DNA of 14,925 nt from Silvanigrellaceae bacterium (GTDB taxonomy: Bacteria; Bdellovibrionota_B; Oligoflexia; Silvanigrellales; Silvanigrellaceae), in contig JBMSQQ010000084.1 of the NCBI GenBank assembly GCA_049423385.1, positions 1-14,925 of the forward strand. Reading direction: 5' to 3'. Position 1 is the stretch's first letter. Every line of letters begins with the position of its first letter. The notes under the pieces were generated by a model. It had not been told where the DNA came from. It saw only the letters and a list, made by a program, of their open reading frames with translations, and did no database searches. The translations under genes were made by a program, and so were the position numbers. This document shows, in pieces, positions 1 through 7,835 of this stretch.

Positions 1-818
1 AGAATTTTCAACTCCTCGGCGTGCGGCGAGCCGAAGACAATGGTCCGCCGTGGTCTTCCGTCGACCGGATTGACAAGAGATTTGCGGATGGATTGGATTG
101 CCGGCGAGAGATTCTTTTGGTGAAAGTTGGTGGCCCGCTCGCGCGCGCGAATCCATTTTGCGTCACCTGACACAATGATTTTTTCCTTTGATACACCCAA
201 ATCAAACAGAGGCTCTTTTTCGCTTGCCTCGATTAAAAAAATTGAGTCGGCTTGGTTAAACCAGGTTTTCCGGAGGCTGTTTCTCAATGATGTCGGAAGC
301 GAGGATTTTGCCTTGCGGAGGGTTGCGGCGAGTATGCAAACTGGAAGTTGGTTTTCCTTGAAGGTTTCCATCAGGACAGGCCAGAAATCATAACGCACAA
401 GCACAAGTCGCGCGATTTTCAGGGATGAGATCGCATGCTGAAACGCTAGTTTGTTTTCAAGGGGCAAACTTGTCGAGCCCACGAGGCCAGGACAGTTTTC
501 GACAAATGCCTTTGCGCTTGGTGAGAAATATGTCAGAAAAAAACCAACCCCATATTTCGAGTGAAGCATACGCAGGGTGGGAATCACCTGTTCCAGTTCA
601 CCCGCGCTGGCGACGTGCACCCAATAGATTTTTTTGTGTTGGTTCCGGGTGACAAGTCGGGCGGCATTTGCAACAGCCTCGCGCCAGGTCGAAGCTTTGC
701 GTTCCGATAAAAAAATCCGAGTTTTTTGCGACGTCGGAAAACGTTCAAGAATCAAAAAAAGCAATTCTGCCAAAACGGCTGCACTTCGACTCAGGACAAT
801 TGCCATCTTGAGAATCAT
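1..818 (-). CDS. waaA: 3-deoxy-D-manno-octulosonic acid (Kdo) transferase; 3' end runs off the window
   Basis: Not in the ORF track; translated by hand. The frame is open from ATG at 818 to the window edge: MILKMAIVLSRS...KKIYWVHVASAGELEQVIP...FFLTYFSPSAK...LVLVRYDFWPVLM...IIVSGDAKW...TIVFGSPHAEE. These match the WaaA/KdtA motifs WxHxxSxGE, TxFSPS, YxFWP, V(S/T)GDxK and xGSxH/W in the expected order. The start overlaps the citrate synthase stop (ATGA, 818-815). Confidence 0.9.
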   Translation of the reverse strand, partial: MILKMAIVLSRSAAVLAELLFLILERFPTSQKTRIFLSERKASTWREAVANAARLVTRNQHKKIYWVHVASAGELEQVIPTLRMLHSKYGVGFFLTYFSPSAKAFVENCPGLVGSTSLPLENKLAFQHAISSLKIARLVLVRYDFWPVLMETFKENQLPVCILAATLRKAKSSLPTSLRNSLRKTWFNQADSIFLIEASEKEPLFDLGVSKEKIIVSGDAKWIRARERATNFHQKNLSPAIQSIRKSLVNPVDGRPRRTIVFGSPHAEELKI

Positions 819-1981
819 GATTGGCGGTCTTGAATGGGTGTAAAGACAAGATCAATCGGGCCCGTATAAGATGAAAGCGGTCTGTACAGCCGGTTGTTTT
901 GTCTGAGTTCAATAATGTGGGAGCACCAACCGACGATTCTTGCAGCCGCAAAGATGGCAGGAAACAGGATGGGCTGGATTCCGAGCCGGCGGTAAACGGC
1001 TCCCGACCAAAAGTCCACATTGACGTGAATCGGCATTTTCTTTTCTTCAAAATGATTTCGAGCGCGCTGAGCAATGTGCCGAAGCAGTTTGATGTCTTTC
1101 GCGTCTCTCTCGTTGGACGACAATTCGCCAAGCAGCTCTTCAAATATCAGGGCTCGCGGGTCTGTTTGTTTGTAGACCCGATGACCCATGCCCATGACCT
1201 TGCGACCTGCGGAAAAGAGATGGTCGAGGTATGTGTAGAGATTTCCAGAGTCTTCAATCTCAGCCAACATCTCGACAACTTGTTCACTCGCTCCACCGTG
1301 CAGTGGGCCGCTCAGCGCTCCGACTGCGGCACTGGTCGCTGCGTACATGTTTGTCAGCGTTGAAGCGACGGCACGCGCCGTGAATGTTGAGGAATTGAAA
1401 CCATGGTCCATTTGCAGAATGAGGGCTGTTTCCATCGCGCGAGTTTCTTTTTTATCCGGGACCCTTCCATTGAGCATGTAAAGGAAGTTCTCGGAGTGAC
1501 CGAGGTCATCCCGTGCAGATAAAATGGGTGCCCCCTGATGCAGACGATAGAAAGCCGAGAGGATGATGGGAGTTTGCGCAATGATTTTCATCGCAAGTCC
1601 AAGCAGGGTCTCGTCTTCTGAATATTTGGGCCCGGGATCGGTGCAACCCAGTGCAGCCAATGCTGTCTGGAGTGCAGAGAGCGGAGCGGTGTGACGAGGG
1701 AGTTCCTGCAGGATTCGGATGATTTTTTCGGGTGTGTGCGACAGCTGGCGCAATTTCCAGGTGAATGCCAGCAACTGGCGTTGGCTCGGCAATTGTCCGC
1801 ACAGCAGCAAATAGGCCACTTCTTCGAAACTGGCATTTTGAGCCAGGTCTTCAACGCGAAAGCCCCTGTAATAGAGGCGCCCCCGTTGTCCATCCACCCA
1901 GCTGACCGAGGTCGTGTCGACAATCAGATCGTCCATACCGCGACGAACTGATTGATTTTGTGACAATGGTTCCTGTACCAC
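815..1981 (-). CDS. gltA: Citrate synthase, short dimeric (CitZ/PrpC-like) type; 2-methylcitrate synthase not excluded
   Basis: Motifs VDGxxGRLYYRG, DHGFNSSTF, GPLHGGA, MGMGHRVY..DPR, NVDF and ARIVGW, including the catalytic His/His/Asp. Start reassigned to GTG at 1981, which follows an AAGGGGG Shine-Dalgarno-like run and gives 388 aa. The track start (2116) and ATG 2074 would both collide with accA. Confidence 0.92.
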   Translation of the reverse strand: MVQEPLSQNQSVRRGMDDLIVDTTSVSWVDGQRGRLYYRGFRVEDLAQNASFEEVAYLLLCGQLPSQRQLLAFTWKLRQLSHTPEKIIRILQELPRHTAPLSALQTALAALGCTDPGPKYSEDETLLGLAMKIIAQTPIILSAFYRLHQGAPILSARDDLGHSENFLYMLNGRVPDKKETRAMETALILQMDHGFNSSTFTARAVASTLTNMYAATSAAVGALSGPLHGGASEQVVEMLAEIEDSGNLYTYLDHLFSAGRKVMGMGHRVYKQTDPRALIFEELLGELSSNERDAKDIKLLRHIAQRARNHFEEKKMPIHVNVDFWSGAVYRRLGIQPILFPAIFAAARIVGWCSHIIELRQNNRLYRPLSSYTGPIDLVFTPIQDRQS

Positions 1982-1994
1982 CGCGACCCCCTTT

Positions 1995-2023
1995 TTGACC
2001 ACCCTGCCTTGATTTGTTACCAC
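1995..2023 (+). promoter_or_regulatory. Putative sigma70 promoter for the accA operon
   Basis: TTGACC (1995-2000), a 17-bp spacer ending in TGn, then TACCAC (2018-2023), about 50 nt upstream of the accA ATG. The -10 match is imperfect. Confidence 0.35.
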
Positions 2024-2072
2024 GTTGTGGCCGTATCTGTGAAACGGCACATCAAAAAGTGAGGTCTGTGCC

Positions 2073-3152
2073 ATGGAGGTTTTACCCCTCGAGCGCCCAT
2101 TGTTGGAACTGAGCAATCGTATTGCCGAACTGCGGGCACAAGCCCGTCAGGCCCACCTGGTCGGAAAGAACGAGCGCGAGCTGACCTCGGAAATCAAGGT
2201 TCTCGAGGAACAATTCGAGACGTTGGCAAAACAAATTTTTTCGAATTTGACGCCCTATGAGATCACCCAGCTCAGCCGACATCCACACCGTCCATACACA
2301 CTCGACATTGTAAATCAGCTTTGTGACGACTTCATCGAATTGCAGGGCGACCGCAACTTCATGGATGATGCATCCATTGTGGGTGGTCTTGGCACTTTCA
2401 GGGGCCATCGCGTTGTGTTTGTCGGTCATCAGAAAGGCCGTGGCACCAAGGAAAACATGAAAAGAAATTTCGGTATGCCACGCCCCGAGGGCTATCGAAA
2501 GGCGCTTCGTCTGATGAGTCTTGCGGAACGCTTCAGCCTTCCCATCGTCACATTTATCGACACGCCGGGCGCATATCCTGGTATCGACGCCGAGGAGCGC
2601 GGACAAAGCGAAGCCATCGCCAAGAACATCATGGTGATGTTCAATCTGGGAGTGCCAATCATTTCTGTTGTCGTTGGAGAAGGCGGCAGCGGTGGAGCAC
2701 TTGCCATCGGAGTTGGCAATCGGGTGTTGATGCTGCAATACAGCACTTACAGTGTGATTTCCCCCGAAGGTTGCGCCTCGATTCTTTGGAAAGACGGTTC
2801 GCAAGCTGACAGAGCTGCGGCTGCTTTGGGTGTGACAGCGGAAAATGCTCTCAGGTTGGGCGTGATTGATGAAATTATCCCCGAGCCGCTGGGTGGTGCC
2901 CACTGGAAGCCAGCCGAGGCCATTTCAACTCTGGGAAACACCCTCGAAAAGCATCTGCTTGAGCTTGGAAAACTCAGTTCCGACCAACTCAAGCGTCAAC
3001 GCAATCAAAAGTTCGCAGCCATGGGACGAGTCGAGGCGCGTGAGCCGGTGTCTCCCTTTCGCACGGATGCAGCGCCTAAAACAGAATGGATGCAAAGCTG
3101 GGAGCAGTTGTCTCGCTCTTCCACCTTTGCCGGAGATTTCACACCCGGATGA
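2073..3152 (+). CDS. accA: Acetyl-CoA carboxylase carboxyltransferase alpha subunit
   Basis: Motifs RHPxRP, ELxGDR, GHQKGR, NFGMPxPEGYRKALR, FIDTPGAYPG, AEERGQSEAIA, GEGGSGGALA, YSVISPEGCASILWK and EPLGGAH. GAGG SD at 2061-2064. Confidence 0.98.
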   Translation: MEVLPLERPLLELSNRIAELRAQARQAHLVGKNERELTSEIKVLEEQFETLAKQIFSNLTPYEITQLSRHPHRPYTLDIVNQLCDDFIELQGDRNFMDDASIVGGLGTFRGHRVVFVGHQKGRGTKENMKRNFGMPRPEGYRKALRLMSLAERFSLPIVTFIDTPGAYPGIDAEERGQSEAIAKNIMVMFNLGVPIISVVVGEGGSGGALAIGVGNRVLMLQYSTYSVISPEGCASILWKDGSQADRAAAALGVTAENALRLGVIDEIIPEPLGGAHWKPAEAISTLGNTLEKHLLELGKLSSDQLKRQRNQKFAAMGRVEAREPVSPFRTDAAPKTEWMQSWEQLSRSSTFAGDFTPG

Positions 3153-3868
3153 ATTCGAATCTTTCAGCCGATGAACCCGTCAAAGTTGTGACCATCGATG
3201 GACCTGCGGGCTCGGGAAAGAGCACGGTCTCGCGAATGTTGGCCAATCGATTGGGTTGGATTTACGTCACGACGGGCGCCATTTATCGGACACTTGCTTT
3301 GATGCTTTTTGAGGCAGGAACGGGCGTTCAGGATCGCGGTTCGATTGAACGGTTTGTTGCTTTTTTGTCTGAGCGCTACCGCCAGGACCCACGCAGTGGT
3401 CGTGTTTTCCTTGGAGATCGAGAGATAACCCACGAAATTAGAACCCCTTTTGTTTCCGAGCAGGCGAGTGTCGTTGCCCAGGATGAGCTCGTGCGTCGTC
3501 GCCTGTTACCTGTGCAAAGGAAAGTTGTTTTGGATTGCAACGGGGCGGTTGTGGACGGACGTGACATGGGGACAGTTGTATTTCCCGACGCACCACTGAA
3601 AATATTCCTGACAGCATCGCCCGAGCAGAGAGCCCAGCGGCGGTTGGAGGAATTGCGCTCCCAGAACCTGGAACCCAGTCTGGATGAGTTGATTCGTGAA
3701 ATTCACGAGCGTGATGCGCGTGATGCCAATCGTCTTGTGGCGCCGATGCGTGCGGCGGAAGATGCAGTGCTTTTGGATTCGACAGAACTCGAACCCGCTG
3801 CGGTTGTGCGTGCAGTCTTGAAACTGTGCGTCGATCGTGGATTGGTTCCTGGCATGCAGGATTTCTGA
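3149..3868 (+). CDS. cmk: Cytidylate kinase
   Basis: P-loop TIDGPAGSGKST, TGAIYR, DGRDMGTVVFPDA, KIFLTAS and ERDxRD. The start at ATG 3149 overlaps the accA stop (ATGA). Confidence 0.96.
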   Translation: MNSNLSADEPVKVVTIDGPAGSGKSTVSRMLANRLGWIYVTTGAIYRTLALMLFEAGTGVQDRGSIERFVAFLSERYRQDPRSGRVFLGDREITHEIRTPFVSEQASVVAQDELVRRRLLPVQRKVVLDCNGAVVDGRDMGTVVFPDAPLKIFLTASPEQRAQRRLEELRSQNLEPSLDELIREIHERDARDANRLVAPMRAAEDAVLLDSTELEPAAVVRAVLKLCVDRGLVPGMQDF

Positions 3869-3903
3869 AGTTCTGCCCACTCACATGTGCGCGAGGAGTC
3901 ACA

Positions 3904-4671
3904 ATGGCGGACACATCCAATCTTGATTCAGTCAATTGGCTTTCCATCATCACCAATGGTGGCCCGGTGGGAATCACCATTCTGGCATTGCTGGTGCTTT
4001 TGTCGGTTGCCACATGGGCCGTTATTTTTGAACGCTGGCGCGCGCTTCGGCATTTGCAGATCATGTCGGACGATTTCATGCAGGAATTCTGGGATTCAAA
4101 AAGCCTTTCGGATTTGAATTCAAAATTGAAGGATCTTGATTACAGTCCGGCCCGGGAAGTTTTCCGCTCCGGCTATAATGAAATGGTCCGAGTTCTGCAG
4201 GTGCGCGAGAAGCGCGGTTTGTCGTCAACAGCTCCTTTGTCCATCGATACTGTTCGACGCGCCCTCGGAAAGGCACGCCAACTGGAAGAAGTTCAGCTCA
4301 CCCGGAACATGACTTTTCTTGCGGTATCTGCCTCCGCATGTCCGTTCATTGGATTGTTCGGCACGGTTGTGGGCATCATTCGAGCATTTCATGACATCGG
4401 GCAAACCGGTTCGTCGAGTCTTGCCGCTGTTGCTCCCGGCATCTCGGAAGCACTGATTGCAACTGCTTTGGGATTGGCTGCGGCAATTCCCGCCGTCATT
4501 GCCTACAACTTTTTCAGCGGCCGGACACGGCAGCAGTTGCTGATACTCGAAGGATTTTCGACAGACTTTTTGAATATCCTGGAGCGTCATTTCAACCTTG
4601 GTCGTTCGGAATCCCAAGTGACCCATCCACCCGCATCGGCATCTGCGCTGAACACGATTGCGGAAGCTTGA
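3904..4671 (+). CDS. tolQ: TolQ (MotA/TolQ/ExbB proton channel)
   Basis: Three TM segments with PFIGLFGTVxGI and VAPGISEALIATAxGLxAAIPA. GAGGAG SD precedes ATG 3904. First gene of a tolQRAB-order cluster. Confidence 0.93.
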   Translation: MADTSNLDSVNWLSIITNGGPVGITILALLVLLSVATWAVIFERWRALRHLQIMSDDFMQEFWDSKSLSDLNSKLKDLDYSPAREVFRSGYNEMVRVLQVREKRGLSSTAPLSIDTVRRALGKARQLEEVQLTRNMTFLAVSASACPFIGLFGTVVGIIRAFHDIGQTGSSSLAAVAPGISEALIATALGLAAAIPAVIAYNFFSGRTRQQLLILEGFSTDFLNILERHFNLGRSESQVTHPPASASALNTIAEA

Positions 4672-4705
4672 GCGGACATCACATCCGGTATGACGAGGTG
4701 GAATC

Positions 4706-5161
4706 ATGGCATTTCGATCGAGCGAATTTGAAGGATCCGACTCTTCTGCAGCAGGCCGATCTTCAATGTTGGCCGAAATCAACATCACACCTTTTGTTGA
4801 CGTGATGTTGGTGTTGATGATCATTTTTATGATCACTGCGCCTTTTGCCGTATCTGGTGTCGATATTCAGCTTCCTAAATCCAAGGCCAAGACATTGAGC
4901 CTGGGTCAGGATCCGATTGTTGTTTCGATTTCGAGTCAGGGGGAGTTTTTTCTCGGAAAAAAATCCGTCGAGCGCGAAGAGCTGGTGGGAAAGATTCAAA
5001 CCGCTCTCGTCGGACATGATTCGCCAACGGTTTTTATTCGTGCCGATCGCGATGTTGCATATGCAAAAGTCATGGATGCGATGACAGCAGCCCACTCTGC
5101 AGGTGCAAAGAAAATCGGGATGATGGGTGAAGGTTCCGGTGGCGGAATGAAGGCTCGTTGA
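4706..5161 (+). CDS. tolR: TolR (ExbD/TolR family)
   Basis: EINITPFVDVMLVLMIIFMITAP TM with the conserved Asp, plus IRAD..V.Y..V..AG. GAGGT SD upstream. Confidence 0.93.
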   Translation: MAFRSSEFEGSDSSAAGRSSMLAEINITPFVDVMLVLMIIFMITAPFAVSGVDIQLPKSKAKTLSLGQDPIVVSISSQGEFFLGKKSVEREELVGKIQTALVGHDSPTVFIRADRDVAYAKVMDAMTAAHSAGAKKIGMMGEGSGGGMKAR

Positions 5162-5164
5162 AAC

Positions 5165-6355
5165 ATGGAAAATATCGTCGCAGAAAATCAGCATGGATTG
5201 AAAGCCACTCCACGGGTGGACGGCGATGAAATGCTGTGGACATCAAGTCAGGGCACTGCGACTCCCAAGAGTGAGCCTGATTTTTCGATTTCTGCCGCGG
5301 AGCTTTTGGAGTCGCCGGTTGAGCCCGATCTGGAGATTCCCTTTTCGGCAAGATTCATGATTTCACCGGAGCCCCGCATTGATGAACAGTGTTTTCAGTC
5401 CCGATTGCGGATTGAGAATCTGGACGACGACGGTCTGGGTCCATGGCCGTTGGGCTTTTCAATTCTTTGGCATGCTGTTGTTCTTGGGATGGTCTTTGGT
5501 TTCATGCAGCTGACAGATGTGTCCAACCCATTCGACAAAAACATGTCTGAGCCGATTGAAGTTGCTTTTGGACTTTCGACGAGTCTGGGCAAGTCGCTTC
5601 CAGACGGAAAACCCGCCGACCAAAAGGTTGAGGCAGAGGCGCTCAAAACAATTCAACAGCTTCCGCAGTTGCCCAAGTCGTTGGCGATTGATGCTGCAAC
5701 TCCTGCGCCCGCGGAAGATGCCCTGGCACAACCCAACGCTTCAGCACAGGCACCAGTGCCGACGACGGCGCCAACAGCTGTGTCCACTCCAAAGGTTGTC
5801 AGCAGTCCCACTCCAGCGCAGGTTGTGGAACGCGTTGATGCTGCTGCCGCAAAAAAAATGAAGCTCGAGGAACTTGCAAAGAGACTTGAAAAAGAACAGC
5901 GCGCGGTTGGTCAAAAAGAGCGGGCGGGGACAGACAAGAAAACCGCCAGCGATGTATTCAAGCGTCCCAGCGACATTCCCGTAAATCCCTTGGGGCGTGA
6001 CATTCCAAAGGCCCCATCGGTTCTGAGCCAGGCAGGAAGCTTGCAGGGCAAGGTGGGTTTGCAAATCAAGAGCGAATACGCTCACGCAGCGGCCATGCAC
6101 ATGCGAAAACATTGGAGCCTGCCCGACGTCATGAGCTTCGAATCAAAACTCGAGGTCGTACTTGGTTTTGATATCAATGGATTTGGCCGGATTCTGGGCC
6201 GCGTCCGGGTTGTCAAGGGTAGCGGCAATGCCCGATTTGACGAAGAAGCGATGAAAGCGCTTGAAGCGGCGGGTCCTTTTCCTGACCTGCCCAAAGAGAT
6301 GGGTCAGAAATTGTCCATGAGAATGAAGTTTTCTCCGAACAGCATCAATTTTTAA
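5165..6355 (+). CDS. tolA: TolA/TonB-family energy transducer
   Basis: Single TM with an SxxxH motif (SILWH, aa 99-103), a Pro/Ala/Thr-rich then charged helical linker, and a C-terminal TonB/TolA domain (HWSLP...SGNARFDEEAMKALEAAGPFP). Lies between tolR and tolB. Start codon uncertain. Confidence 0.85.
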   Translation: MENIVAENQHGLKATPRVDGDEMLWTSSQGTATPKSEPDFSISAAELLESPVEPDLEIPFSARFMISPEPRIDEQCFQSRLRIENLDDDGLGPWPLGFSILWHAVVLGMVFGFMQLTDVSNPFDKNMSEPIEVAFGLSTSLGKSLPDGKPADQKVEAEALKTIQQLPQLPKSLAIDAATPAPAEDALAQPNASAQAPVPTTAPTAVSTPKVVSSPTPAQVVERVDAAAAKKMKLEELAKRLEKEQRAVGQKERAGTDKKTASDVFKRPSDIPVNPLGRDIPKAPSVLSQAGSLQGKVGLQIKSEYAHAAAMHMRKHWSLPDVMSFESKLEVVLGFDINGFGRILGRVRVVKGSGNARFDEEAMKALEAAGPFPDLPKEMGQKLSMRMKFSPNSINF

Positions 6356-6367
6356 GGTGTCAGCACT

Positions 6368-7822
6368 ATGGAATTATCGATGTTAAAGGTTCGCATTGCA
6401 TTGCTGCGCATTGGCCTTGCTTTTGCAGTCTTTGCGGTGATGGGTGTTTCCTCCACCCTCTCTTCGTCCGCCCAGGCCGCACCCACGGCTGCAACACCCG
6501 CAGCAGCTTCGATTCAGGCGAATGACAGTGAGCTGTTTATTGATGTTGGACGAGCGGGTGCACGCAAATACAAAATGGCGATTCCTGTTTTTGGAATTGA
6601 ACCTGGAACCGGGGTCACGGATGCCGACAGGGAATTTGCTTCCGAAAAGCTTTCAGACATTTTTTCGTTCATGGGATCATTCGAGTTTGTACCGGCCTCA
6701 AGTTATGTGGCCAAAGGGAATAATATTGCGTCACGCTCCATTCAATATGACGACTGGACACCACTTCAGACCGAAGGCGTGATTTTTGGCAAATTTGTTC
6801 CAAGCACGGCGATAGGAAAGTTCACCCTTGAGATGCGCTTTTTTGATGTCAAGAGAAGACGACAATTGCACGGTGTTCGATATTCCGATTTTGAGGTTGG
6901 AGATCTGGATCGCGCGTTGCGCCGCTTTGCCGACAAATGTGTCGAAAAACTCACCGGGGAAAAAGGAATTTTCTCAACCAAAATCGCATTTGCCGCCACC
7001 AGAAAAGCGGGTGAGCCAAGGCAAATATTCCTGGCCAATCTCGATGGAACGGGATTGCGGCAGGTGACGAACAACGGTTCCATCAACATGAGTCCATCCT
7101 GGTCACCTGATGGCACCAAATTGACCTACACTTCGTTTCGTGATGGTAAAGCCGATATTTTTGTGTACAACATGCTCACCCAAAAAACATCAAAGCTCAC
7201 CGCGGGATTCGGAAACAACTCCGGCGCAAATTGGCATCCCGACGGGCGCAAAATAGCCTTCTCCGGAAGCCACTCGGGACTGACGAGTATATTCACCGTC
7301 AACTCCATGGATGGCAGCGAGCGCAAATCTTTCATCAGTGGGAGTGGCCTGGAGGTTGAGCCTGCGTATTCACCTGACGGCGCCAAAATTGCGTTTGTCA
7401 GTGGAAGGTTTGGCAATCCTCATCTTTTCATCAGGGATTTGCGGGCGGACAGCGACACCCGCATCACCTTTGCCGGCTGGTACAATTCATCACCGTCCTG
7501 GCGGCGGGATGGTCGCAAATTGGCATTTGCCGGCTACGACAGGGACATCGATCGCTATGACATTTTCATCGTCAATCCAGATGGTCGACAGATGGAGCGT
7601 TTGACGCTTGATCAGGGAGACAATGAAAAGCCAACCTGGTCGCCCGATGGTCGATTCATTGTTTTTCAATCCAATCGCTTGCCAAAGGGAAGAGGAAAGG
7701 CCAACACGTATAAACTTTACGTCATGAGCCGCGATGGTTCCAACGTACGTCAGCTCAATGTGCCCACGTTGCACGATGTGGTGATGCCGGTGTGGAGTCC
7801 ATTTTTGGATTCTGTTGATTGA
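6368..7822 (+). CDS. tolB: TolB periplasmic beta-propeller protein
   Basis: Signal peptide (AQA site), TolB N-domain ending LTGEKGIFSTKIAF, and six PD40-type repeats (PSWSPDG, ANWHPDG, PAYSPDG, PSWRRDG, PTWSPDG, PVWSP). Confidence 0.95.
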   Translation: MELSMLKVRIALLRIGLAFAVFAVMGVSSTLSSSAQAAPTAATPAAASIQANDSELFIDVGRAGARKYKMAIPVFGIEPGTGVTDADREFASEKLSDIFSFMGSFEFVPASSYVAKGNNIASRSIQYDDWTPLQTEGVIFGKFVPSTAIGKFTLEMRFFDVKRRRQLHGVRYSDFEVGDLDRALRRFADKCVEKLTGEKGIFSTKIAFAATRKAGEPRQIFLANLDGTGLRQVTNNGSINMSPSWSPDGTKLTYTSFRDGKADIFVYNMLTQKTSKLTAGFGNNSGANWHPDGRKIAFSGSHSGLTSIFTVNSMDGSERKSFISGSGLEVEPAYSPDGAKIAFVSGRFGNPHLFIRDLRADSDTRITFAGWYNSSPSWRRDGRKLAFAGYDRDIDRYDIFIVNPDGRQMERLTLDQGDNEKPTWSPDGRFIVFQSNRLPKGRGKANTYKLYVMSRDGSNVRQLNVPTLHDVVMPVWSPFLDSVD

Positions 7823-7835
7823 ACAAGGATGGGTT

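Noticed and set aside
139..150. TCGCGCGCGCGA 12-bp palindrome, (CG)5
   Set aside because: Lies in waaA coding sequence (IRARE); a single occurrence with no sign of function.
8..843. Short track ORFs at 8-205, 127-393, 425-652 and 634-843
   Set aside because: All are explained as alternative frames of the waaA CDS on the minus strand.
2071..2076. Palindromic CCATGG providing overlapping ATGs for accA (+, 2073) and in-frame citrate synthase (-, 2074)
   Set aside because: Family similarity begins well downstream and GTG 1981 has a better SD. A shared start would leave no promoter space, so it is probably coincidence.
2082..2903. 273-aa antisense ORF inside accA, and similar shadows over cmk, tol and the adenosyltransferase
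   Set aside because: Fully overlap well-supported conserved genes and lack protein-like motifs.
5851..5858. A8 run in tolA (and T8 at 12718-12725) as frameshift or phase-variation sites
   Set aside because: The frames are intact, the runs encode Lys-Lys, and no useful alternative-frame product is evident.
7080..7800. Recurring ...CC(T/C)GA(T/C)GG motifs at about 130-bp spacing
   Set aside because: These encode the TolB WSPDG propeller repeats; not CRISPR or a DNA repeat array.
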